Shown in pieces: positions 29,988 to 38,077 of a stretch of 64,000 nt of DNA; within the stretch, counting starts at the first letter, position 1, and each line of letters begins with the position of its first letter. Both the position numbers and the translations under genes were made by a program. The stretch is from Candidatus Poribacteria bacterium (GTDB lineage: Bacteria > Poribacteria > WGA-4E > WGA-3G): positions 959,097-1,023,096 of the forward strand of contig CBDAUH010000003.1 of assembly GCA_965200395.1 (NCBI GenBank), written 5' to 3'. Under the pieces are notes generated by a model that searched no databases, was not told the origin of the DNA, and saw nothing but the letters and a program-made list of their open reading frames with translations.

Positions 29988-31241
29988 ATGCTTACGAAAG
30001 ATTTACTTCGATATAAAATCCGAGATGGGCAAATCTATCCTCAATTTGTGAAACCTACCGATAGTAAATTACTGTCAGTTTCCGATCAGTTGATTTCGAC
30101 TTTTGAAGCATCTACAAACATGCAACGCGCAACATTATTAGAGACCAGCAAGCATATTATTGATAGCACCCCGGGAACACTTGTTGTCAAACGGGGGCTT
30201 GAAAAACTTTTGTTAGATCGGACAGAATTTGATACTGCTCCGAACGAAGAACTAATTGGGTTTCGGCAAAGTCTTTTCACAGAGACGAGTCGCCTTCTTT
30301 CACAAGATCAGTTTACGGATTATGAGGATTATCATCAGAAAGTTCTGCAGGTTGCAGGGGAAGAATCGCAATCAGAGAAAGAAGCGTTAGGTGATAGACT
30401 GTATGCTGATCTACCGAGTTGCCAACTTGTGTTGTCATTTAAAACACTATCTGCAGAACACCTACTTCACAGATATAACAGTGCACAAGTGCAAGGATTA
30501 CTCCTCCATTGTAACTCTTTGACTTTAAATCTATCTGAGTCCATGACTGCCGAACTCCGTCAATTGTTCAAATATATGAGATTCAATCAACTCCTTTCTA
30601 CGATTTGTAAGGAAAAAATTGGAAACGATGATTGCTTCCAAATTACGGTAGATGGGCCGCTAAATTTGTTTTATAAAACGAAGCGGTACGGAATGAATTT
30701 AGCGAACTTCTTCGTCGCTGTATTACATCAACCGAAATGGGAACTCATGGCAGAGATTCAGTTTAGGCATAAAAAAAGTTCTCGACTATACTTAAATGAA
30801 TCGTGTGGCATCAAACCGATTTCACGGCAATTTCTCGCTTATATTCCTGGGGATATCCAACTTTTTCAAGAGATGCTCCGTAATAAAACTGGTGACTGGC
30901 AAATTCGTCCGGGAAGTCAGTTCCTTCCTTTACCAGGAAATTTCTACTGCTTTCCAGACTACCAACTCGTTCATACCAGTGGAATTGAAGTGTGGATAGA
31001 GTTATTTCATCCGTGGCATCAAGGGCATCTCCTTGCGCGGCTGAACACACTTGCAGAACAGACAGAAATACCGCTTATTCTTGGCGTATCAAAGGAATTA
31101 CAGAAACAGTCGATGATCGCAGAGGCAATGGAAACGTCCGAGCATTTCTCAAAGTTCGGTTTCACATTCCGCGATGTCCCGACAATGAATGCCGTGTTAC
31201 CTATTCTCAATTCTTTTACTGATGGTACTTACGTCTTGTAG
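29988..31241 (+). CDS. DUF790 family (Bax1-like nuclease) protein
   Basis: 417 aa directly downstream of the XPB-like helicase, which is the canonical XPB-Bax1 gene order. The N-terminal LLRYKIRDGQIYPQF start resembles DUF790 members. Assignment is by recollection, not by search. Confidence 0.65.
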   Translation: MLTKDLLRYKIRDGQIYPQFVKPTDSKLLSVSDQLISTFEASTNMQRATLLETSKHIIDSTPGTLVVKRGLEKLLLDRTEFDTAPNEELIGFRQSLFTETSRLLSQDQFTDYEDYHQKVLQVAGEESQSEKEALGDRLYADLPSCQLVLSFKTLSAEHLLHRYNSAQVQGLLLHCNSLTLNLSESMTAELRQLFKYMRFNQLLSTICKEKIGNDDCFQITVDGPLNLFYKTKRYGMNLANFFVAVLHQPKWELMAEIQFRHKKSSRLYLNESCGIKPISRQFLAYIPGDIQLFQEMLRNKTGDWQIRPGSQFLPLPGNFYCFPDYQLVHTSGIEVWIELFHPWHQGHLLARLNTLAEQTEIPLILGVSKELQKQSMIAEAMETSEHFSKFGFTFRDVPTMNAVLPILNSFTDGTYVL

Positions 31242-31607
31242 CGTAACCTTTCCATGTTGTGCAGCTTTATGTAGCATACCCTTTCATGAAGATTAACTTA
31301 TTCTTTGGGTAATTCTCGTTTTTTTGTCAGAATCGCGGATTTACGCTGATTACGCGGATTAGCGCGGATTGTCTTTGCTGTGCGTTTATCCATTTTTGTA
31401 GGGTTTACTCTTTGTTTGCATCTCACGGATGCACAAACTGTATGAAGATTAATAATTTAATTTGGTAATCTCTTGGAGATGCCGGTGTAGCTAGGAAATC
31501 ATACTCACAGGGCTTGGAGAGTATAGAATTACCCAAATATTTTCTTAAACTTCATTCATGTTGTGTCTTTGTAGCACATCCTTTCCAGGTTGTGCATCCT
31601 AAAAAAT
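31238..31607. repeat. Mosaic intergenic repeat region with three interleaved repeat families
   Basis: Reverse-orientation 30-mer hairpin repeats at 31238..31290, a degenerate one near 31395..31425, and 31578..31607. A CGCGGATT cluster with GTCAGAATCGCGGATT at 31326..31370. An ATGAAGATTAA..TTTGGGTAATTCT motif runs forward near 31283 and 31441 and inverted near 31520..31556. Confidence 0.65.
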
Positions 31608-31652
31608 GTCTTATTCTGAACTGACGTTAAAATAAAAAGATCTAGGATATCC

Positions 31653-31681
31653 TTGACATCTTCAGCAAGATATGTTATCAT
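31653..31681 (+). promoter_or_regulatory. Sigma-70-like promoter of the protease-TPR gene
   Basis: TTGACA (31653..31658), 17 nt, TATCAT (31676..31681). The same block is conserved upstream of the paralogue at 38005..38033. Confidence 0.55.
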
Positions 31682-31736
31682 TTTGCTAATAACATATTCA
31701 ACCTTCAGACAAGCTATACCAGCAAAGGAAAACAGT

Positions 31737-33419
31737 ATGAAACATAAAGATAAATTATTGTGGGTATTTTCCCAATGTGCGGTTGCTTTTTTTCTCTTTT
31801 GCACCATAAGCACAGCATCTGCCCAACAAACCCCTCTCCCCGCCGAAGCTATTGCAGAGAAAGCATTAGCAGCGACAGTATACCTGGAGATGCAGGATAA
31901 AAACGGAAAAACCCTCGGCATCGGCAGCGGATTCTTCGTGAAGTCCAATCTCATTGCTACGAACTACCACGTGATTGAAGGTGCAGCCAAAGGCACCGCA
32001 AAGTTAGTCGGTAAATATACCCAATACAATATTGAAGGCGTTACAGCAACTGACAAGATAAACGACCTTGCACTCCTAAAGGTAACCGCGTACGGCATCA
32101 AACCGCTTTCGCTTGGTGATAGCAATATTGTGCAAGTCGGTGAAACTGTTTATGTTGCGGGCAATCCGAAAGGGTTAGAGGGCACCTTCTCGGATGGCAT
32201 CATCAGTAGCCGTAGAGATAGATATACAAAGGAACGTTTGCAGATGACTGCGCCGATTTCTCCTGGGAGTAGTGGGGGTCCCGTGCTAAACCGTAAAGGT
32301 GAAGTGATTGGTGTGTCCTTTTCTTTCTATAGAGGCTTGGATGCGCAGAACCTCAACTTTGCCATCCCATCCAGATACCTTAAGAAGTTGCTGCAGCAAC
32401 CGGGGCTGTCAAAACCTTTATCCCAAGGACAACGTTCTATTTCTGCGGAGACCTACTTTCAGTGGGGGTATGCGAAGGGCGAGTTAGGGGATTATGCGGG
32501 TGCCATCACAGATTATACCAAGGCTATCCGCCTCAAACCCGATGCTGCCGAGGCATACTACAATCGAGGAAATGTGAAGGGTCATTTAGGACAATACAGT
32601 GCTGCGATTGCTGATTTTGACACCGCCATAAAACTAAAACCCAATACTGCCGAGGCATACTACAATCGGGGAGTTGTGAAGGGTCGTTTAGGACAATACG
32701 GTGCTGCGATTGCTGATTATGGCATCGCCATAAAACTAAAACCTGATGCTGCCAGTGCATACATCAATTGGGGAGCTGCGAAGAATAGCTTAGGACAACA
32801 CGCTGCTGCGATTGCTGATTTTGATACTGCCATAAGACTACAACCTAATGCTGCTGATGCATATCTCAATCGAGGAGCTGCGAAGGCTAACTTGGGACAA
32901 TACAGTGCTGCGGTTGCTGATTATGACATCGCCATAAAACTAAAACCCGATTATGCCAAAGCATACATCAATCGGGGAGCTGCGAAGAATAGCTTAGGAC
33001 AACACGCTGCTTCGATTGCTGATTTTGACACCGCCATAAAACTACAACCCAATGCTGCTGATGCATATCTCAATCGAGGAGTTGCAAAGGGCATCTTGGG
33101 CCAACATTTTGCTGCGATTGCTGATTTTGATACTGTCATAAGACTACAACCCAATGCTGCTGATGCATACATCAATCGGGGAGCTGCGAAGAATAGCTTA
33201 GGACAACACGCTGCTGCGATTGCTGATTTTGATACTGCCATAAGACTACAACCCAATGGTGCCGAGGCATACTACATTCGAGGAGTTACGAAGGCTCGTT
33301 TAGGTCGGACACTGGAAGCGCGGCAAGACCTCCGCACTGCACTGCGACTTGCAACACAAGCGGACGATGCAAAACTTAAAGCAAATATAGAGAAGGTACT
33401 ACGTATTCTTAATAAGTGA
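31737..33419 (+). CDS. Secreted trypsin-like (S1) serine protease fused to about 9 TPR repeats
   Basis: The ATG at 31737 (AAAGGAAAA upstream) gives a signal peptide MKHKDKLLWVFSQCAVAFFLFCTISTASA. Catalytic triad contexts NYHVIEG, NDLALLKV and GSSGGPV, followed by AIADFDTAI-(K/R)-LxPN-type TPRs. The track start at 31653 is the -35 box. Confidence 0.85.
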   Translation: MKHKDKLLWVFSQCAVAFFLFCTISTASAQQTPLPAEAIAEKALAATVYLEMQDKNGKTLGIGSGFFVKSNLIATNYHVIEGAAKGTAKLVGKYTQYNIEGVTATDKINDLALLKVTAYGIKPLSLGDSNIVQVGETVYVAGNPKGLEGTFSDGIISSRRDRYTKERLQMTAPISPGSSGGPVLNRKGEVIGVSFSFYRGLDAQNLNFAIPSRYLKKLLQQPGLSKPLSQGQRSISAETYFQWGYAKGELGDYAGAITDYTKAIRLKPDAAEAYYNRGNVKGHLGQYSAAIADFDTAIKLKPNTAEAYYNRGVVKGRLGQYGAAIADYGIAIKLKPDAASAYINWGAAKNSLGQHAAAIADFDTAIRLQPNAADAYLNRGAAKANLGQYSAAVADYDIAIKLKPDYAKAYINRGAAKNSLGQHAASIADFDTAIKLQPNAADAYLNRGVAKGILGQHFAAIADFDTVIRLQPNAADAYINRGAAKNSLGQHAAAIADFDTAIRLQPNGAEAYYIRGVTKARLGRTLEARQDLRTALRLATQADDAKLKANIEKVLRILNK

Positions 33420-33666
33420 GTAGGAACGGTTTAGAAGCACACCACAATTACTGAAGAAAACTGGAAGGTTTTACACAACTAATGATATGCCCCATCTCTT
33501 CTGATCAAGAACTCAATCCAGCAGTGGATTAATGTAAAACTCTCCGAGGGCACTGGGACTCCTTTTATTCACCATGAATCCACGCCGGAGTCCCTGCGAT
33601 TATTATCACGCCGCTCTTACTTCCACAGTGAGTCTGCTGAAATAAACAGAGAGTGCTTTATTGACC

Positions 33667-34812
33667 TCAATTTATTTTTAGAACCTTCCGAAACCCATCA
33701 GAACCATAATATTCACATGCAAAAATTTCAGGGTCTTTTGTTGGTAGAAGAACCCGCCCGCACTCCACCGCAATTGATACAGGGACCGCCGGTAAAATAA
33801 AGACTTTGCAACGGTGTCCATGCGCGGCTTGCACTCGATTGAGTAATTTCCGATACTCATAACTGAAATGTTCAAGTTGCTTCGGATTTCTTAAAAAAAG
33901 TGGTGAAGGATCCTTAATCGTTATTTCGTAAATACTAAAAGAATCGTCAATGAAATCAGCATATTTGTCCTTGTTGATTATATCGCTTAAAGCCAATACG
34001 ATTGCAACGTTTTCGCTGTCTTCTACAACCCGAATAGCGTTCACAATGTAGGCAGTGTGCGTCTCCCGTTCTTCCACCGGCCATGACCAGGTTTGGCTTG
34101 TATTCTTGATTTTTCTGTGGCTTTGGTATAGATCTGCTGGAATGGTATCCCTGATACATTTGCCCAAAAACATGAGCAGGGGCTGAGGCCCGATAGCAAA
34201 CACAGAGAAATGTTTGACTCCCTTGTGATCTATGCTGTCCTCAACACGAGTTTTGATTTTTCTCTCAATCCGTTTTGCAAAAGCCTCCCATTCTGATTCA
34301 GCCCCATGTCGGTCAAAATCCTGATCATCAATCTTAATCCCTTCATCAACGGGATATTTCGGGAACATTGCGTTGCGATACGCTTCAGGGTTAATTGGAG
34401 CCACCCGGTCTTTGATTTTCACCGTGAACAGCACAACCGTGGACTTATGGATATCCTCCGGATAGTTTGTTTGAATCTCTATCCGCTTTTCATGCTCCTG
34501 TTTCCACTGACGGAGCAGCTCTACGGAGTATCGATTCGGGTCGTCGTCAATCTCCTTATGACATCGTTGACATAAGAGCATGAGGTTATCATAGTCAATT
34601 CGCAAATCTGCAGATTCTTCACTCCCACGCGGTCCATCTTCACTAGACGCAATAATGTGTGCCACTTCTGCAAAATTGCCGTCGCTAAGCGTCAAATTAT
34701 TCCGCCAGACGGGCTGATTACATCCGCGAAATTCGCACCTGCCCGCTGCTCTAACCCATAATTTCAGGCGAGTATGCTGTGGTGTGGATTTTAATATTTT
34801 TTGAGTATTCAT
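33667..34812 (-). CDS. cap5: CBASS effector: HNH endonuclease fused to a SAVED sensor domain (Cap5-like)
   Basis: 381 aa. The N-terminal HNH has a zinc knuckle (CEFRGC ... AHII ... NLMLLCQRCHKEID). The C-terminal 250 aa or so match my recollection of SAVED. It lies 15 nt downstream of a CD-NTase gene. Confidence 0.8.
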   Translation of the reverse strand: MNTQKILKSTPQHTRLKLWVRAAGRCEFRGCNQPVWRNNLTLSDGNFAEVAHIIASSEDGPRGSEESADLRIDYDNLMLLCQRCHKEIDDDPNRYSVELLRQWKQEHEKRIEIQTNYPEDIHKSTVVLFTVKIKDRVAPINPEAYRNAMFPKYPVDEGIKIDDQDFDRHGAESEWEAFAKRIERKIKTRVEDSIDHKGVKHFSVFAIGPQPLLMFLGKCIRDTIPADLYQSHRKIKNTSQTWSWPVEERETHTAYIVNAIRVVEDSENVAIVLALSDIINKDKYADFIDDSFSIYEITIKDPSPLFLRNPKQLEHFSYEYRKLLNRVQAAHGHRCKVFILPAVPVSIAVECGRVLLPTKDPEIFACEYYGSDGFRKVLKIN

Positions 34813-34826
34813 AGGTTTAAAACCAA

Positions 34827-35804
34827 TTATGGAGTCGGAAAATCATCTCCGAAAACACCTTGTAAAAGTTGGCAAGATGTCAAAGTGTCAACCGTCAATT
34901 CTATCTGATCTAAAGTGTCTCTAAGGGTTTCGAGGCTGCTCTTAAAGTTTCCCATCTGCTTATCACTCATTTTTTCAAACAGGTCGTTGTAGGGTGGAAC
35001 AGGGAGGGTAACACTCATACACCTCGTCCACATGAACTGGTTTATAATTACCTGAGTCAAATTTTTGAGTGCTGTTAAATCGTCATAATAATATTGCCCA
35101 TCAGGAAGATTATAACGACTCTTTATCTGGAACCACTTCAGGGCACAAGCACTGATCGCGATTCCTGTTGGACGTTCGTTTCCATTTGCCAAGAAGTTTA
35201 CGTCTTTCCACCGCTTCAGAAACCGGATGACTCGTCTAAATTGATTTTGATCACCTTGATACTGAAATTTTTGCCGAAAGATTTCTAGCAGTCTTTTAGG
35301 CTTGGCGACATCCCAAATCCTATTTTCTGCTCCTGAGCCTGGAAAGCCTTTCGCTAAATAGGTTTGGTTGTCCCAATTAGAGGCACTTCCCGAATAGACC
35401 GCCAAGTCAACGTGATAGAGTACCTCACCTGCTCGATGGTACTGGACTCTCACGCAAGGGCGTTTGTATTCCACGGTTCTATTTCCAGTATTTAAGGCCT
35501 CATAAACCCATTCTTTGACTTTTACAGGGGAATAGTCATTTTTTGATAGATGAAATTCTAATCCCACATCAATATCATAATCTTCGCCGGGGAGGGGCTC
35601 AATACCTGTCCCTATCGCGTAACTCCCTTGATTAAAATGTTCAAATCTTGGGATTCGTACTCCATGCTCTTGTGCGTACCTCTGTAACCCTTGCCGTAAA
35701 TCACGTAAAAGCAAGTCTCGCTTGTCTCTCAAAACGCTATTGTCATCGTAACTTCTTCTGATCTTTTCGTCAAACTTATTGAAGTACGTCTGCACATTTG
35801 CCAT
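34827..35804 (-). CDS. CD-NTase (cGAS/DncV-like nucleotidyltransferase, SMODS)
   Basis: 325 aa. Pol-beta NTase signature QGSYAIGTG ... DYDIDVGL, with the third acidic residue in HVDLAVY. Clade not determinable by eye. Confidence 0.85.
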   Translation of the reverse strand: MANVQTYFNKFDEKIRRSYDDNSVLRDKRDLLLRDLRQGLQRYAQEHGVRIPRFEHFNQGSYAIGTGIEPLPGEDYDIDVGLEFHLSKNDYSPVKVKEWVYEALNTGNRTVEYKRPCVRVQYHRAGEVLYHVDLAVYSGSASNWDNQTYLAKGFPGSGAENRIWDVAKPKRLLEIFRQKFQYQGDQNQFRRVIRFLKRWKDVNFLANGNERPTGIAISACALKWFQIKSRYNLPDGQYYYDDLTALKNLTQVIINQFMWTRCMSVTLPVPPYNDLFEKMSDKQMGNFKSSLETLRDTLDQIELTVDTLTSCQLLQGVFGDDFPTP

Positions 35805-35823
35805 AGTTTTCCATATCCTCTGA

Positions 35824-36215
35824 TCATGGTTTGATAGCTTTTAAAACTTTATCCCAATGGTCGTAAGCCGCAACGTCTGCAGCGAGTACCGAGATCTGCT
35901 GCAGGGTCGGCTGCTTGTTTTTGTCGCCTGTGAGCCGCTGACACGACCACTCAGGCGCACTTCCATCCGTATTGAAAACGAGCGCGGTAATTGGGGGATA
36001 CTTTCTCTCCATTCTTCTTCTAGTCGTTCTATCTTGCTCACAATATGCGCCAATATCTTGATATAATAAGAGCCTGGTTTATCTCGACAGAGCACTTTTC
36101 TGATTTCTACAAAATCAGAATATCCTTGTGAAACGAGGTGAAGCATAACGACATAAGCGTGCATGGGCATATTAGATTTTGAACCAGGGGTTATAGATTC
36201 GGCTTGTGTTTTCAT
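35824..36215 (-). CDS. Unrecognised leader gene of the CBASS operon (about 130 aa if one frameshift is repaired)
   Basis: The track shows two overlapping minus ORFs (35841..36215 and 35824..36012). Adding one A to the AAA run at 36002..36004 (minus strand) joins them into MKTQAE...IERLEEEWRE-KYPPITALVFNTDGSAPEW...KAIKP. AAAGGAG RBS, and the stop lies 19 nt before the CD-NTase ATG. Confidence 0.5.
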
Positions 36216-36243
36216 AAAAGATACTCCTTTTCTACGGGGAAGA

Positions 36244-36272
36244 AACTGCCTCTATTATACAATCTTTGTGAA
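36244..36272 (-). promoter_or_regulatory. Consensus sigma-70 promoter of the CBASS operon
   Basis: On the minus strand: TTGACT (36272..36267), 17-nt spacer, TATAAT (36249..36244), about 30 nt before the ATG at 36215. Confidence 0.6.
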
Positions 36273-36454
36273 AAAAAGTCAAATTCGTGAAAAAAGCAGA
36301 TCTATTCAATTGTCGCGGTGTTCTTTAGAGGTGTGAATATAAATGAAGAATTCTATCCAGAGCCATTCAATTGTCGCGGACTTATCGTCCTCCGCAATGC
36401 TGACAAAGATAATCCGGGGAATGCCTAAATGACATTCATACCGTTGATTTGGCG

Positions 36455-36632
36455 AAAATCCGCGATTCTGACAAAAAATCCGCGTGATCCGCGCTTCAGA
36501 CAACCCGCAATCCGCGTTCATTCTAATCATAAGAAAAGCACCTTGAAGTAACGAACTCCTAATCCGCGTAAATCCGCGTAATCTGTGTAATCCGCGATTC
36601 AGACAAACAAAAATCCGTGTCCTCCGCGATTT
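36455..36632. repeat. Cluster of about 8 AATCCGCG (CGCGGATT) octamer units
   Basis: AATCCGCGATTCTGAC at 36457..36472 is the exact reverse complement of the 16-mer at 29935..29950 and 31326..31341. A second copy at 36589..36604 has 1 mismatch. 36552..36604 aligns with the reverse complement of 31326..31370. Confidence 0.65.
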
Positions 36633-36681
36633 GGTAAAATCGACTTTTGAATGCCTCCGTTGAAAACAAAAACACCCTTGA

Positions 36682-37999
36682 TAGGGTTATTTAGTTTTAT
36701 GTATTTTAGTTGTTTTTTATCACAATCGTTAATATTTGGAATGTGCAGATATACCGTGATTTTTCATGGTATATCTGCTATACTTCACCTTAAAAACTTA
36801 CGATCTTTTGAGGTGAAGAATGACAAGAAAAAAGTCCTGCCACTTAATGGATATGTTAGCAGAACTTACAGACCCACGCAAGGAAAAAGGGAAACGACAC
36901 CCGTTGAAAGCAATCCTCGCACTTTTAGTCGTTGGATTGATGTGCGGGCATAAAGGGTATACATCCATCGCTACCTGGGCACGCTCACAGCCCGCACTCA
37001 CAAAAGCACTCGGGTTCACACATCACAAAACGCCTTGTGCCGCAACTATCCATAATCTGTTGAAAAAGTTGGACGTTGAGGCATTAGAAAACATCCTGTC
37101 AAAATGGGTAAACGCCGCATTAGCAGAGTGCCCTGATTTGCGGGGGTGTTCCGACGCAGTCGCTATAGATGGCAAAACCCTGCGTGCGTCTAAAAAAAGT
37201 GGTGCGATGATCAGCCATTTACTCTCCGTCGTCTCTCATGAGTTAGGGATCACCCTCACGCAGCGAGGTGTCAGCGACAAAACCAATGAAATACCGGTAT
37301 CAACGGAAATCCTCAAAGCGTTTGATGTAGCAGGCAAAGTTATCACAACGGATGCCCTTTTGACACAACGCTCTTTCTGCCACGGAATCATAAACAGCGG
37401 GGGCGACTATATGCTGCCTGTTAAAGGCAATCAACCGGACCTGTTAGAAGCGATTGAAAAACTTTTTCAAGGCGTGCCTGACGCGGTTTCTGAAGACACA
37501 ACACACCCTACTTTAGGGAAACCGATATACATGCATGAGACGATTGAAAAGTCGCATGGCAGACTTGAGACACGGTGTATCAAGGCAAGCACAAGTCTGA
37601 ACGCATATCTGGACTGGCCGGGCATAGCACAAGTGATCCAATATCATTATACTTCCAAAAATATGAAGACAGGAGAAGAGACAACCCGCACTACCTATGG
37701 GATTACGAGCCTGAAACCGAGTGAGGCATCCGCAGAACGCTTACTTGCTTTACGGAGAGGCCATTGGGCAATAGAGAACAAGTCGCATTGGATGCGCGAT
37801 GTGCTACTCGGCGAGGACGCATCACCTGTCAGATGCGGGGCTATTCCACAAGTCATGGCCGCTTTACGAAATACCGCATTATCCGTATTCCGTTTTCAAG
37901 GCATAACACGGATCGCTGATAAAATAAAGGAATATGCATCAAAACCTTTACTCACAGTTAACTTGATAAAATGAATATCTATAAAACTAAATAACCCTA
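36682..37999 (+). mobile_element. ISAs1-family insertion sequence, copy 2 (inverted relative to copy 1)
   Basis: Same 19-bp terminal repeats at 36682..36700 and 37981..37999. Its own 9-bp direct repeat CACCCTTGA lies at 36673..36681 and 38000..38008. Confidence 0.85.
36820..37974 (+). CDS. ISAs1 family transposase
   Basis: 384 aa, with 4 substitutions relative to 27157..28311 (V10M, N11D, V-to-I and C-to-H near GVAQVIQYCY). Confidence 0.9.
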   Translation: MTRKKSCHLMDMLAELTDPRKEKGKRHPLKAILALLVVGLMCGHKGYTSIATWARSQPALTKALGFTHHKTPCAATIHNLLKKLDVEALENILSKWVNAALAECPDLRGCSDAVAIDGKTLRASKKSGAMISHLLSVVSHELGITLTQRGVSDKTNEIPVSTEILKAFDVAGKVITTDALLTQRSFCHGIINSGGDYMLPVKGNQPDLLEAIEKLFQGVPDAVSEDTTHPTLGKPIYMHETIEKSHGRLETRCIKASTSLNAYLDWPGIAQVIQYHYTSKNMKTGEETTRTTYGITSLKPSEASAERLLALRRGHWAIENKSHWMRDVLLGEDASPVRCGAIPQVMAALRNTALSVFRFQGITRIADKIKEYASKPLLTVNLIK

Positions 38000-38004
38000 C
38001 ACCC

Positions 38005-38033
38005 TTGACATCTTCAGCAAAATATGTTATCAT
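38005..38033 (+). promoter_or_regulatory. Promoter of the disrupted protease-TPR paralogue
   Basis: TTGACA (38005..38010), 17 nt, TATCAT (38028..38033). The ISAs1 target duplication overlaps the TTGA of the -35 box. Confidence 0.5.
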
Positions 38034-38077
38034 TTTGCCAATAATACATTCAATCTATACAGTAAAGGAAAAACATT

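Noticed and set aside
31556-31954. The antisense ORF (132 aa) and its look-alike at 38050..38292, which seem conserved
   Set aside because: They are conserved only because they lie antisense to the duplicated promoter and signal-peptide region of the two protease-TPR paralogues. They have no RBS and their composition mirrors the sense strand.
32533-33256. Antisense ORFs 32533..32760 and 32951..33256 with internally repetitive peptides
   Set aside because: They are reverse-strand readings of the TPR-coding DNA repeats. The repetitiveness is inherited from the sense gene.
36002-36004. Programmed ribosomal frameshifting, or genuine pseudogenisation, at the three split genes (also 47332..47336 and 60830..60836)
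   Set aside because: There is no slippery heptamer or downstream structure. All three are repaired by adding one base to a homopolymer, which fits systematic sequencing or assembly error. They are kept as flagged frameshifts, not as biology.
27132-37999. A single composite transposon formed by the two ISAs1 copies and moved as a unit
   Set aside because: Each copy is flanked by its own matching 9-bp duplication (AAAAACGTT for copy 1, CACCCTTGA for copy 2). Composite transposition would put one duplication on the outer ends. Independent insertions explain the data better, though later recombination or mobilisation remains possible.
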